Shown: positions 17,054 through 27,523, numbered from the stretch's first letter. The stretch: DNA of 64,000 nucleotides from Candidatus Multivoradales bacterium (GCA_965223855.1 CBDCXM010000003.1:32001-96000), one strand, 5' to 3'. The notes: generated by a model not told the origin, from the sequence alone. Program-made: numbers and translations.

Positions 17054-18751
17054 CTACGACGATCGACCTCTTCTGCGACGAGCCTCGAACGCACGTCGAG
17101 TAAAGCCGAGCATCTCTTCCCCCTCCGGATCCAACTCCCAATCGATCCAGGTAGTCTCGTTGTCCTGGCAGTAGGGGTTGTTGTTGCCCCCCTGCGTGCG
17201 GCCGAGCTCGTCGCCGTGCGAGAGCATCGGAACCCCCTCGGTGCGCGCGAGCGTCGCCATCATCGCCTTGCGGACGCCGAGGCGCAGTCGGCGGACCCGC
17301 TGGTCGCTACTCGGGCCGTCGGCTCCCCAGCCGGAACTGTGGTCGTGGTCGGAACCGTCGCGGTTGTCCTCGCCGTTTGCGAGGTTGCGCTTCCGGCGGT
17401 AGGTGACGAGGTCGGCGAGGGTGAAGCCGTCGTGGGCGGTGACGTAGTCGATCGACGTCGTGCGAGGGCGGCCCGGGAACAGGTCGAGGCTGCCGCCGAG
17501 GCGCGCCGGCAGTTCGCGGGCGGCTCCCGCGTCTCCGCGCCAGAAACGGCGGGTGGTGTCGCGGAAGCGGTCGTTCCACTCGCGCCAGCCGTGGGGGAAG
17601 CGGCCGAGGGTGTAGCCGCCAGGGCCGAGATCCCACGGCTCGGCGATGAACTTCGTGTGCGCGAACACCGGATCGGCAGCGAGGCGGCGGAAGAAGCGCG
17701 CCGCCGGATCGAAATCGACCGGGTCACGACCGAGGACGGGGGCCAGATCGAACCGGAAGCCGTCGACGTGCATCTCCTCGACCCAGTACCGGAGGCTCTC
17801 GAGGATCAGCGAGCAGGCGGCATCGCTGGAAGCATCAACGGTGTTGCCGCACCCCGTGAAGTCCAGGCAGCGGCTCCGGTCGTCCGGCCGCGACCGGTAG
17901 TAGGCGGGGTTGTCGAGCCCTCGCAGCGTCACCGTAGCGCCGTCCTCGGCTCCCTCGGCGGTGTGGTTGAAGACGACGTCGAGCAACACTTCGAGGCCGG
18001 CGTCGTGGAGCGCCCGGACCATGATCTTGAACTCCTCGATCTCGCGACCGGGAACCGAGGCGTAGCCGGCGTGAGGCGCGAACCAGGCGAGCGGGTTGTA
18101 GCCCCAGTAGTTGGTGAGGCCCAGCGGCGCGAGGTGACGCTCGCTCGCGTGATGCTGCACCGGGAGGAGCTCCACCGCTGTGACGCCGAGGGCGAGCAGA
18201 TGTTCGATCACCGCATCGTCGGCGAGTCCGAGGTAGCTGCCCCGCCGGGCGGTCGGAACCTCGGGGTGGAGCCGGGTGAGGCCGCGGACGTGCGCCTCGT
18301 AGATCACCGTCTCCTCCCACGGCGTTCGCGGCGGTCGATCGTTCCGCCAGTCGAAGGCGGGATCCACGACGACCGATCGCGGCACGAAGGGAGCGCTGTC
18401 GAGACCGCACCGCTCGCTGCCGTACGGGCCGGCGGCGCCAAAGCCATGGATGGCCGGATCCCAGATGAGCGATCCCTCGACCGAACGCGCCCAGGGATCG
18501 ACCAGCAGCTTCGCCGGGTTGCATCGATGGCCCGCGGCGGGCTCGTAGGGACCGTCGACCCGGTAGCCGTAGCGCTGTCCCGGGCCGGCACCCGGTAAGG
18601 TCCTCGTCCACAAGCCGCGACTCTCCGCCATCGGCAGCCGCTCGGCCTCGCCGCCGTCCGCGTCGAACAGACACAGGTCGATCGCCGTCGCCACGCTCGA
18701 GGGGACGGCGAACTCGACGGCTTCTCCGGTCCAGCGCGCGCCGGGTCGCAA
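17054..18751 (-). CDS. glgX: Glycogen debranching enzyme (isoamylase, GH13), short C-terminus
   Basis: NPAKLLVDP, NYWGYNP, DVVFNHTAEG, GFRFDLA, AEPWD, AHDGFTL, GDELGRTQGGNNNPYCQDN; start approximate. Confidence 0.93.
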   Translation of the reverse strand: MRPGARWTGEAVEFAVPSSVATAIDLCLFDADGGEAERLPMAESRGLWTRTLPGAGPGQRYGYRVDGPYEPAAGHRCNPAKLLVDPWARSVEGSLIWDPAIHGFGAAGPYGSERCGLDSAPFVPRSVVVDPAFDWRNDRPPRTPWEETVIYEAHVRGLTRLHPEVPTARRGSYLGLADDAVIEHLLALGVTAVELLPVQHHASERHLAPLGLTNYWGYNPLAWFAPHAGYASVPGREIEEFKIMVRALHDAGLEVLLDVVFNHTAEGAEDGATVTLRGLDNPAYYRSRPDDRSRCLDFTGCGNTVDASSDAACSLILESLRYWVEEMHVDGFRFDLAPVLGRDPVDFDPAARFFRRLAADPVFAHTKFIAEPWDLGPGGYTLGRFPHGWREWNDRFRDTTRRFWRGDAGAARELPARLGGSLDLFPGRPRTTSIDYVTAHDGFTLADLVTYRRKRNLANGEDNRDGSDHDHSSGWGADGPSSDQRVRRLRLGVRKAMMATLARTEGVPMLSHGDELGRTQGGNNNPYCQDNETTWIDWELDPEGEEMLGFTRRAFEARRRRGRSS

Positions 18752-18765
18752 GGTCCGGGAGTCGC

Positions 18766-20244
18766 TCAGCCCCGCCTCCCCTCCCGACGGCGCCCGCTGT
18801 CGGCAATCCAGCCGCCGAGTCGCTCGAGACTCGCAGCTTCGAGTGTGCGGTCGAGGCGCCAGTTCCAGTTGCCCTCGGTCGTGCCCGGGACGTTCATCCG
18901 CGCCGCATCCTCCAGTCCCAGGACATCCTGGAGCGGTAGGACGACGAGCTCTGCCCTGCTTTCCAGGAGACGTGCGATCAGCCGCTGCGCCAGTTCGTCG
19001 TCGGCCGCGGCGCCGCCGGCGTAGCTCTCGACTCGCACGCGCGTCGCGCTGTCGAGGGTCGCAAGCCAGCCTCGCAGGGTGGCGTTGTCATGGGTACCGC
19101 TGTAGGCGACCGTGTCGCGGCCGTAGCGCTCCGGGTGGTGCTCGCTCTCTTCCTCGTCGAAACCGAACTGCAGCACCCGGGTGCCGGGAAGGCCGAGGTC
19201 ACGGCGCAGCTTGCGCACCGCGGGGGTGATGACCCCGAGATCCTCGGCGATGAACTCGAGACCGCCGAGCTCGGGCTCGACCGCCCGGAAGAGCGCTCGT
19301 CCAGGCCCGCGTTGCCAGCTCCCGCCGCGCGCATCCTCGGCCGGCAACGGTGTCCGCCACCAGGCGAGGAAGCCGCGGAAGTGGTCGAGGCGCAGCAGGT
19401 CGAAACGTCGCGCATGAAGGCGGATCCGCCGCCGCCACCAGAGGAAGTCGCTCTCGCGATGTCGGTCCCAGCGGTAGACCGGGTTGCCCCACAACTGGCC
19501 GTCGTCGGTGAATGCGTCGGGCGGCACTCCCGCGACGGCCACCGGAGCGCCGTCTTCGGCCAGCTCGAAGAGCTCCGGGTGCGCCCACACATCGGCGCTG
19601 TGGTGGGCGGGGTAGATCGGCAGATCGCCCAACAGCCCGACGCCGAGGTTTCCGGCCTCCGCTTGCAACGCGGCGAACTGCCGGTCGAACAGCCACTGGA
19701 GGAATTGCCGATACCCGATCTCGTCGGCGAACTCGCGACGCGCGTGGGCGAGCGCCGAGGGGTCGCGGTGCGCCAGCTCTTCGGGCCAGCGATGCCACGG
19801 ATCGGGGGCGAGCTTCGCGTCGAGGGCGGCGAAGAGCGCCCAGTCGTCGAGCCAGGAGCGCTGCTCCTCGGCAGTGCGGAACGCCTCGAAGGTGTCTCGC
19901 TGCGCGCTCGAGCCGCGAACCACGAACGTCTGCCAGGCGAGCCTCAGCAGGGCGTCGATCGAGTCGTCGCCGGAGCCGCCTCCGGCTTGCCGACGTTCGA
20001 GCAGCCCTTCCTCGACCAGCCTGTCGGGCGAGATCAACCGCGAATCGCCGGCGAAGGCGGAGCGCCCGTCGTAGGGCGATCCGAACGGGCCCGGCACGGT
20101 CAGCGGCAGCATCTGCCAGACGCCGACGCCCGCTCCGGCCAGGGTCTGCAGGAAGCGCGACGCCTCCGGCCCCAGGTCGCCGGTGCCGCGCGGGCCGGGC
20201 AGCGAGGTCGGGTGCAGCAGAATGCCAGTGGCGCGTCCGCGCAT
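18766..20244 (-). CDS. malQ: 4-alpha-glucanotransferase (amylomaltase, GH77)
   Basis: GILLHPTSLPG, GVPPDAF..GQLWGNP, RLDHFRG, IAEDLG, GTHDN, RMNVPG...GNW.WR. Confidence 0.95.
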   Translation of the reverse strand: MRGRATGILLHPTSLPGPRGTGDLGPEASRFLQTLAGAGVGVWQMLPLTVPGPFGSPYDGRSAFAGDSRLISPDRLVEEGLLERRQAGGGSGDDSIDALLRLAWQTFVVRGSSAQRDTFEAFRTAEEQRSWLDDWALFAALDAKLAPDPWHRWPEELAHRDPSALAHARREFADEIGYRQFLQWLFDRQFAALQAEAGNLGVGLLGDLPIYPAHHSADVWAHPELFELAEDGAPVAVAGVPPDAFTDDGQLWGNPVYRWDRHRESDFLWWRRRIRLHARRFDLLRLDHFRGFLAWWRTPLPAEDARGGSWQRGPGRALFRAVEPELGGLEFIAEDLGVITPAVRKLRRDLGLPGTRVLQFGFDEEESEHHPERYGRDTVAYSGTHDNATLRGWLATLDSATRVRVESYAGGAAADDELAQRLIARLLESRAELVVLPLQDVLGLEDAARMNVPGTTEGNWNWRLDRTLEAASLERLGGWIADSGRRREGRRG

Positions 20245-20367
20245 CAGCCGGGGATCATATGCTCCGCCCGCGGCGCGGAACGTGGCAAAGTCGCGTTCCG
20301 GGAACACCCGCGCTCGGACACGGCGCACCGCAGCAACGAGGGCAGATCGGCAAGGAGGCAGGGACCA

Positions 20368-22575
20368 GTGTCAGCAGGATCTCCGCGCATCGCGGTCAGT
20401 CAGGCTCACGAGATCCGCATTCCGGCGGCGCTCGACGGCCTCTACGAGCTCGCCCACAACCTCTGGTGGAGCTGGAACTCCGACGCCCAGGCCCTCTTCT
20501 CCTCGCTTCACAGCTGGGCGTGGTCGCACTACCAGAACCCGGTGGAGGTGCTTCACGCCGTCGACGATCAGCGCTGGGAGACCCTGCTCGCCGATGAGAC
20601 CTTCGTGCAGCGGGCGTCGGCCGTGCTCAGGGACTTCGAGAGCTACCTCGCCGGCGAGGGTGACGGCGAGTTCTCCCGCCGCTGGCCGGACTACGACGCC
20701 GGAGCGATCGCCTACTTCTCGATGGAGTACGGCCTTCACCAGAGCCTGCCGCTCTATTCGGGAGGTCTCGGCGTACTGTCGGCCGACCAGCTCAAGAGCG
20801 CCAGCGACCTCGGCCTGCCGTTCGTCGGGCTGGGTCTCCTCTACCGCTCCGGCTACTTCCAGCAGACGATCGACGCCGAAGGGCTGCAGCAGCACTCCTA
20901 CCCGAATTGCGACTACCGGCGGGTCGGCGTCCGCCCGGTCGCCAATCGCAGCGGCGGCGCGCTGGTGGTGGAAGTGCCGTTCCCCGGCCGCAAGGTGGCC
21001 GCCAAGGTGTGGCTGCTCTCGGTGGGCCGCGTGCCGCTGCTGCTGCTCGACACCGACGTGCGGCTGAACGATCCCGCCGACCGGCCGATCTCGTCCGTGC
21101 TCTACGTGCGGGGGCGCGAGATGCGACTGGCGCAGGAGCTGCTGCTCGGTGTCGGTGGTGCGATGGCGCTCGAGGCGCTGGGAATCGAGCCGGCCGTCTG
21201 GCACCTCAACGAGGGGCACAGCTCGCTGCTGCAGCTCGAGCGCTTCCGGCGCCGCACCGGCGGCGACGGCGATCAGCTCGACGAAGCCCTCGCCGACTGC
21301 CGCGAGCGCACCGCTTTCACTCTCCACACTCCGGTTCCCGCCGGCCACGAGACCTTCGACCGCGTCCTCGCCGCCAAGTGCCTGGCACCCTGGTCCGAGC
21401 TGCTGGGGGCCTCGACCGAGCGGCTGCTCGCTCTCGGCGACGCCGATCCGGCGGGCGGCGAAGGGCCGTTCAACCTGACGGCGCTGGCGCTTCGAACCAG
21501 CAGCTTCGTCAACGGCGTCAGTCGGCTCAACGCAGAGGTGAGCGACCCGAACTGGCGTCACATCCGTGCCGAGACCGGCTCTGCGGCTCCGCCCATCCGG
21601 GCGATCACCAACGGCGTCCACCTGCCGACGTGGATGGGGATGGAGATCAGCGATCTGCTGGCGAGGGAACTCGACGCCGACTGGGTGCGCGCCGACGCCG
21701 ACGAGAGGATCGGCGCCGTGGCCTCGCTGCCCGACGCCGAGCTGTGGCGCGCCCACCGGCAGCAGAAGGAGCGTCTCGCCGCCTTCGCGCACGGCCGGCT
21801 TCTCGACCAGTACGCGCGCCATGGCCGTTCTCCGGATCGGCTCCGCTCCCTGCGAGGCCTCGTCGATCCGGAGGTGCTCACCATCGGCTTCGCCCGGCGT
21901 TTCGCCACCTACAAGCGCGCCGACCTCCTGTTCAGCGATCTCGACCGGGTTCGCAAGCTCCTCTGTCACTCCCAGAGGCCGATCCTCGTCATCTTCGCCG
22001 GCAAGGCGCACCCGATGGACCGGCCAGGCCAGCAGCTGATCCAGCGCATCTTCGGCCTCAGCCAGGACGCCGACCTCGGCCGCCGGGTGCTGTTCCTCGA
22101 GAACTACGACCTGCTCGTGGGCGCGCGACTCGTCCAGGGGGTCGACGTGTGGCTCAACACGCCGCGGCGCCCGCTCGAGGCGAGCGGCACCAGCGGCATG
22201 AAGGCGGCGGTCAACGGCGTCCTCAACTGCAGCATCCTCGACGGCTGGTGGCCGGAGGCGTTCGACGGCGCCAACGGCTGGGCGATCGACGGCGGCAGCC
22301 ACGACGACGAGGCGGCGCAGGACACGGCTGACAGCCTGGCGCTCTACGAGACACTCGAAGAGCACGTCGCGCCGCTCTACTACGAGCGTGACGAGGAAGG
22401 GCTGCCGCGGCGCTGGCTGGCGATGATGAAGCGCTCGATCGCCACCGTCGCCCCGGCGTTCTCGTCCGACCGGATGATGCTCGACTACATCGAACAGGCG
22501 TATCTGCCGCTCGTTCCCGCCGACGCCGACTCCGCGGCGGCGACTGCATCCGCCAGCGGCAGCCGGCGGAGCTGA
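20368..22575 (+). CDS. glgP: Alpha-glucan (glycogen) phosphorylase, GT35
   Basis: LAHNLWWSW, AYFSMEYG, YSGGLG, HLNEGH, GFARRFATYKR, PLP motif EASGTSGMK; AAGGAGG RBS at 20352-20358 before GTG 20368. Confidence 0.95.
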   Translation: MSAGSPRIAVSQAHEIRIPAALDGLYELAHNLWWSWNSDAQALFSSLHSWAWSHYQNPVEVLHAVDDQRWETLLADETFVQRASAVLRDFESYLAGEGDGEFSRRWPDYDAGAIAYFSMEYGLHQSLPLYSGGLGVLSADQLKSASDLGLPFVGLGLLYRSGYFQQTIDAEGLQQHSYPNCDYRRVGVRPVANRSGGALVVEVPFPGRKVAAKVWLLSVGRVPLLLLDTDVRLNDPADRPISSVLYVRGREMRLAQELLLGVGGAMALEALGIEPAVWHLNEGHSSLLQLERFRRRTGGDGDQLDEALADCRERTAFTLHTPVPAGHETFDRVLAAKCLAPWSELLGASTERLLALGDADPAGGEGPFNLTALALRTSSFVNGVSRLNAEVSDPNWRHIRAETGSAAPPIRAITNGVHLPTWMGMEISDLLARELDADWVRADADERIGAVASLPDAELWRAHRQQKERLAAFAHGRLLDQYARHGRSPDRLRSLRGLVDPEVLTIGFARRFATYKRADLLFSDLDRVRKLLCHSQRPILVIFAGKAHPMDRPGQQLIQRIFGLSQDADLGRRVLFLENYDLLVGARLVQGVDVWLNTPRRPLEASGTSGMKAAVNGVLNCSILDGWWPEAFDGANGWAIDGGSHDDEAAQDTADSLALYETLEEHVAPLYYERDEEGLPRRWLAMMKRSIATVAPAFSSDRMMLDYIEQAYLPLVPADADSAAATASASGSRRS

Positions 22576-25007
22576 TGCGGCTGCTGAGCCGCGCGGCGAG
22601 GCTCCGGTACGGGCTCGACGAACTCTCCGTCGCCTCGTCCGCCCGGGTGCGGCAGCTGGCGCACGCGATCAACCAGGCGCGCGGGGGCACGCCGTTCGTA
22701 CACGCCGGCGAGCTCGAGGCATTGCGAGTCCTCGAGCAGCTGCTCACCGGCGCACTCGAGCACGGCCTCGACACGGAGCGGGACGCCGCGCTCGATGCAA
22801 CGCTGGCCGCCCTCGAGAAGGAGCTCGGAAGAGAGGGGCTCTCGAGCCTGCTGGCGGGTCTCGAGAAAGAGTTCGACGCGGCTGCGACGGAGTCGATGGA
22901 CTCTGCGGACTCCGCGGACCGGCGACCGCGCGATGCCGCGACCGAACGACGGGCGGTGCTCGAACTCTTCGTGCTGTGGCAGCTCAACCGCAACCCGGCT
23001 CTCGCCGCGGTGCGGGAGCTGATCGACGACCGGGCACTCGCGCCCGATCTCTACGACCGGGCGATGGCGACCGTGGAGCGCCAGCTCCGCACCCGCACGA
23101 GCAGGGGGGTGCCGCTCGCCGGCGATCTGATCGATCTGATGGAGGCGCCCGCGCGTGCGCAACCGGAGTCGATCGCCGGCCAGCTCGCCCTCTACCTCGA
23201 CCAGCCGACCGAAGATCTCGGGGTCGCCCGCGAAGAGCTCGAGCGGGTTCTCGATTCGTTGGCGGAGGAGCGGCCGCGCCTGCCGCCGGGCCCCCCGGGA
23301 CCGCCGCCTGAAAGCGAGCGGTCCGCTCCGGAGCCGGTGGTCTACGCGCGGCCGCCGCGCGAGGAGCCGCGCTGGATGCGGGAGCTGGTGCTGGGGGCGA
23401 GGAACGCCCACGTCTGGCTCGATCAGCTGGCGCGCTCGACCGGGCGCGAGATCGCCCGGCTCGATCAGGTGCCCGAGGCGGAGCTCGCGCGCCTCGCTGA
23501 ACTCGGCCTGACGGCGGTCTGGCTGGTCGGCGTGTGGCAGCGAAGCCCCGCCTCGCGCGCCATCAAGAGACGCTGCGGCAATCCCCGAGCCGAAGCCTCC
23601 GCCTACGCGATTTCCGACTACGGCGTGGCCGAGGACCTCGGCGGCGACGAAGCGCTCGCCGGGCTGCAGGAGCAGGCCCTCGAGCACGGTCTCCACATCG
23701 GCGTCGACGTGATCCCGAATCACTGGGGGCTCGACTCACGCTGGGTCGTCGAGCACCCGGAGCGCTTCCTTTCGACGGACGAGTGCCCGTTCCCCAACTA
23801 CACCTTCGAGGGCGAGGACCTGTCTGCCGACCCGGAGATCGGGATCTACCTCGAGGATCACTACTACGACCGCAGTGACGCCGCCGTCGTCTTCCGGCGG
23901 CTCGATCGGTCGACGGGACGCGAGACCTTCCTCTACCACGGCAACGACGGCACGACGATGCCGTGGAACGACACCGCGCAGCTCGACTACATGCAGCCGG
24001 ACGTGCGCAAGGCGATGACCGACCTCATCGTCGATCTCGCACGCCGCTACCGGATCCTGCGCTTCGACGCCGCCATGACCCTGACCCGGCTCCATTTCCA
24101 GCGACTGTGGTTCCCCGCTCCGGGCGACGGCGGCGCGGTGCCGTCGCGCAGCGAGCACGGCATGAGCAAGCAAGCGTTCGAGCATTCGATGCCGACCGAG
24201 TTCTGGAGCGAGGTCGTCACCCGAGTCGAGCAGGAGGCGCCCGACACGCTGCTCCTCGCCGAAGCGTTCTGGCTGATGGAGCCCTACTTCGTGCGCACCC
24301 TCGGCATGCACCGGGTCTACAACTCGGCGTTCATGCACCTGATGCGTGAGCGCGAGAACCCGCGCTTCCAGGCACTCCTGGCCGACACCCTCGAGCACGA
24401 TCCCGAGCTCGCCCGGCGCTCCCTCAACTTCATGACGACGCCGGACGAAGCGCCCGCGGCCCACGGCTTCGGTCGCGACGACCGCTATTTCGGCACGACG
24501 GCGTTGATGGCGACCCTGCCGGGACCGCCACTCTTCGGTCACGGCCAGTTCGACGGCCTGACCGAGCAGTACGGGATGGACTCCCTGCGACAGCAGTTGG
24601 ACGAAACTCCGGACCCCGCCGTGGCCGAACGCCACCGCCGCGAGGTCGCCCCGCTACTGCGCGAGCGCGCGAGATTCGCCGACGTCTCCCGGCTCGAACG
24701 GCTCGAGTTCGTCGGCCCCGGCGACCACGTCTGGCAGGACGTCTACGCCTTCGCCTCGGGAGCGAGCTCCGAGCTTCGACTGGTGCTCTTCAACAACTCG
24801 GCGGCCGACGTCGCGGGGAGGGTTCGGGCACCCGCAGGCTCGGACCTGGCCGACCTGCTGCCGGTGGAGGGCACCGTGCTCCGGCTGATCGACCCGCGCC
24901 TCGACTTCGATCTCGAGGTTCCCGTGACCGAAGCCGCGGGGCGGGGGCTGCCCATCGAACTCGCCCCGTGGCAGGCGTTGGTCCTCGAGCCCGCGGCCGT
25001 CAGATGA
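22575..25007 (+). CDS. GH13 alpha-amylase family protein with helical N-terminal extension
   Basis: ASAYAISDY..DLGG, DVIPNH, PWNDTAQLDY, catalytic RFDAAM / AEAFW / TPDE; TGATG coupling to glgP. Confidence 0.87.
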   Translation: MRLLSRAARLRYGLDELSVASSARVRQLAHAINQARGGTPFVHAGELEALRVLEQLLTGALEHGLDTERDAALDATLAALEKELGREGLSSLLAGLEKEFDAAATESMDSADSADRRPRDAATERRAVLELFVLWQLNRNPALAAVRELIDDRALAPDLYDRAMATVERQLRTRTSRGVPLAGDLIDLMEAPARAQPESIAGQLALYLDQPTEDLGVAREELERVLDSLAEERPRLPPGPPGPPPESERSAPEPVVYARPPREEPRWMRELVLGARNAHVWLDQLARSTGREIARLDQVPEAELARLAELGLTAVWLVGVWQRSPASRAIKRRCGNPRAEASAYAISDYGVAEDLGGDEALAGLQEQALEHGLHIGVDVIPNHWGLDSRWVVEHPERFLSTDECPFPNYTFEGEDLSADPEIGIYLEDHYYDRSDAAVVFRRLDRSTGRETFLYHGNDGTTMPWNDTAQLDYMQPDVRKAMTDLIVDLARRYRILRFDAAMTLTRLHFQRLWFPAPGDGGAVPSRSEHGMSKQAFEHSMPTEFWSEVVTRVEQEAPDTLLLAEAFWLMEPYFVRTLGMHRVYNSAFMHLMRERENPRFQALLADTLEHDPELARRSLNFMTTPDEAPAAHGFGRDDRYFGTTALMATLPGPPLFGHGQFDGLTEQYGMDSLRQQLDETPDPAVAERHRREVAPLLRERARFADVSRLERLEFVGPGDHVWQDVYAFASGASSELRLVLFNNSAADVAGRVRAPAGSDLADLLPVEGTVLRLIDPRLDFDLEVPVTEAAGRGLPIELAPWQALVLEPAAVR

Positions 25008-26274
25008 CCGTGCCGTCCGGCACCGTCGCATCGCGAGGGATGATGACGATGCCGTCGCGGATGGAGTAATTGTCGCCGTCCGCCTCTTCGACCCCGGCGG
25101 AATTGACGATCCGCACGTCACGACCGATCCGCACCTGCTTGTCGACGATCGCCGTGCGCACGACCGAGCCGCTACCGATGCCGAGCGGCGGCTCGCCCCG
25201 CTCACGACAGCGCGCTCGGTCGGCCGGCGTCTCGTAGTAGTCGTGACCCATCACCAGAGCGCCGTCGAGCACCGCACCGTCAGCGACCCGTGAACGGATA
25301 CCGATGACCGAGTCGGTGATCGTCGCGTTGCCGACGAGGCTTCCTTCCGCGATCAGCGAGTCGACGACCGTGGCGTCGCCGATACAGGTCGGCGAAAGGT
25401 AGCGCGGCCGCGTGTAGAGCGGTTGCTCGGGATGGTAGAGCGAGTACTCGCCGCGCTTCGCCAGCGCGATGTTGGCGCGGTAGAAGGCGGCCATCGTGCC
25501 GATGTCTTCCCAGTAACCGCGGAAGAGATGGACCGCGACCTTGTACTCCTCGAGCGCGCGCGGGATGATCTCGCGCCCGAAGTCGTGCTGCTCCGGGTAC
25601 TTCGTCAGCAGGTGCTGCAGCACGTCGGGCGAGAAGACGTAGATCCCCATCGAGGCTAGGAACGGCGCCCCCGCCGGCTCACCGCCCGCCAGCGGCGCCG
25701 CGGGATCGATCTCCATCGCGTCGAGCGACTCGCCCTTCGGCTTCTCGGCAAACCCGGTGATCCACCCCTCGCTGTCGCAGTGGACGAGGCCGAACGAGGA
25801 GGCGTGCTCACGGGCGATCGGGCAGACCGCGATCGTCACGTCGGCGCCGATCTCCTCGTGGCGGCGAAGGAACGGCCCGTAGTCCATCCGGTAGAGGTGG
25901 TCGCCGGCGAGGATCAACACCTGCCGGGTCCGCCGGTCGAGGACGTGACGCAGGCTGCGGCGCACTGCGTCGGCGGTCCCCTGGAACCAGTCGCGATGCT
26001 CCGGCGTCAGCTCGGCCGCGATCACCTCGACCCCGGTGCCCAGCAGGCCGCCGAAGTTGTAGGTCCTGGCGATGTGGCTGTTGAGGGACGCCGAGTTGAA
26101 CTGCGTCAGAACGTAGATGCGGGTCAGCCCCGAGTTGATGCAGTTCGACAGCGGAATGTCGATCAGGCGGATCTTGCCGCCGACCGGCACTGCCGGTTTC
26201 GCCCGTTCGCGGGTCAGCGGATAGAGCCTCGTCCCCTGGCCGCCTCCCATGATGATCGTCGCGATGTCCTGCAT
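25000..26274 (-). CDS. glgC: Glucose-1-phosphate adenylyltransferase (ADP-glucose pyrophosphorylase)
   Basis: GGGQGTRLYPLT..RAKPAVP.GG, TQFNSASL, WFQGTADAV, GDHLYRMDY, EKPK, SMGIY, YWEDIGT, C-terminal beta-helix. Confidence 0.96.
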   Translation of the reverse strand: MQDIATIIMGGGQGTRLYPLTRERAKPAVPVGGKIRLIDIPLSNCINSGLTRIYVLTQFNSASLNSHIARTYNFGGLLGTGVEVIAAELTPEHRDWFQGTADAVRRSLRHVLDRRTRQVLILAGDHLYRMDYGPFLRRHEEIGADVTIAVCPIAREHASSFGLVHCDSEGWITGFAEKPKGESLDAMEIDPAAPLAGGEPAGAPFLASMGIYVFSPDVLQHLLTKYPEQHDFGREIIPRALEEYKVAVHLFRGYWEDIGTMAAFYRANIALAKRGEYSLYHPEQPLYTRPRYLSPTCIGDATVVDSLIAEGSLVGNATITDSVIGIRSRVADGAVLDGALVMGHDYYETPADRARCRERGEPPLGIGSGSVVRTAIVDKQVRIGRDVRIVNSAGVEEADGDNYSIRDGIVIIPRDATVPDGTVI

Positions 26275-26296
26275 GAAAGCTCCCCGGATCCCCTCG

Positions 26297-27523
26297 TCAG
26301 GCCGGGCTCGCATGCACCCTGAGGGTGCGGCCGGCCCACTCCACCATCTCACGCAGCGCGTCATAGTCCGGGTGGCGGATTCGCATCCAGGCGTTGGCCA
26401 TGTAGCCCGCCTCGACCGGCTGGGTCGGCGTTCCATTCGGCGGCAGCCGTGCGTCGAGGATCCACTCGCCGAGCTTCGCCTGCACCTCGTCGGCACCCGT
26501 GTAGCCGACGATCACCCCGTCGCGGTCGGGCCGGAAGTTGACGAGAGCCGCGGAGTAGTTGCGCGACGGCTGCGCGCTCGGGCGGCCGTGGACGATGGCG
26601 TGCGCCCACTCCCGGTAGAGATCGAAGTCGTTGGCCGCGGAGTAGAGATCCCAGGTGAGTACCCCGGGCGGCCGGCAGCCAATCTCGGAGAAGCGGTAGC
26701 CGCGCGGCCCGAAGAACCACTCCTGGTGAGTCGCCGAGGTGCCGATGCCGAGCGCACCGATGATCTTCTTGCCCATCTCCCACACCTCGGCGTAGCTCTC
26801 GGAGTGGAGGCGATTCGTCGTGATGAGGTAGGGCGACACCGAGCGGGTGCGCATCGCCTCGAGGACACCCGGGTAGTAGTGGCAGATGAATGCGCAGGCG
26901 ATCTCGCCGTCGATCGTCAGCGTGTCGAAGAATCCTTCGTGCCCCTCGATGAACTCCTCGAGCGCCGCCGTCCCGCCGGCTCCGACCCGGTGCTCGGCGA
27001 GTGCTCGGCGCAGCTCGTCGTCGCTGTCGACCCGGCTCGTCCCCGCCGCTCCGGCGCCGCCGCGCGGCTTGACGATCAGCGGATAGCCGACATCCTGAGC
27101 GAAGGCGAGCGCCTCGGACGCCTCGTCGACCCCGGTCGAGCGGGCGCATGGCACCCCGACTCGGCGCAGAGCCTCTTTCATCGCCGGCTTGTCGCGGCAC
27201 AGGAAAGCGGTCTCCTCCGTGGTGCCGGGGATGCCGCAGGCGGCTCGCACCCGGGCGGTCGGCAGGATGTGGGCCTCGACCGTCGCCTCGAGCCGATCGA
27301 CCCAGCCACGGGCCTGGACTCTGCGCACCGCCGCCATCAGGGCGCCGACATCGCACACCGAGCCGACCTGCTCGTAGCCGACGAGCCGCTCTTGCACCCG
27401 TCGCGGCAGAAAGTCGAACGGCGCCTCGCCGATGGCGGTCACGGCGGCGCCGACCGAGTGGAGCGCCTCGATGAAGTGCGGCTGGTTGGCCGGGAAGGCC
27501 GGCTCGACGAAGATGACGTGCAC
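26297..27523 (-). CDS. ATP-grasp ligase A (L-amino-acid-ligase/biotin-carboxylase-like)
   Basis: RDKPAMK, GYPLIVKPRGGAG, EEFIEG, THQEWF, SEIGCRPPG, RHPD; GTG at 27523; same strand and directly upstream of glgC. Confidence 0.88.
   Translation of the reverse strand: MHVIFVEPAFPANQPHFIEALHSVGAAVTAIGEAPFDFLPRRVQERLVGYEQVGSVCDVGALMAAVRRVQARGWVDRLEATVEAHILPTARVRAACGIPGTTEETAFLCRDKPAMKEALRRVGVPCARSTGVDEASEALAFAQDVGYPLIVKPRGGAGAAGTSRVDSDDELRRALAEHRVGAGGTAALEEFIEGHEGFFDTLTIDGEIACAFICHYYPGVLEAMRTRSVSPYLITTNRLHSESYAEVWEMGKKIIGALGIGTSATHQEWFFGPRGYRFSEIGCRPPGVLTWDLYSAANDFDLYREWAHAIVHGRPSAQPSRNYSAALVNFRPDRDGVIVGYTGADEVQAKLGEWILDARLPPNGTPTQPVEAGYMANAWMRIRHPDYDALREMVEWAGRTLRVHASPA

Noticed and set aside
19090-20367. 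Apparent 426-aa N-terminal extension of GlgP (1161-aa ORF)
   Set aside because: Antisense to malQ; a strong AAGGAGG precedes GTG 20368.
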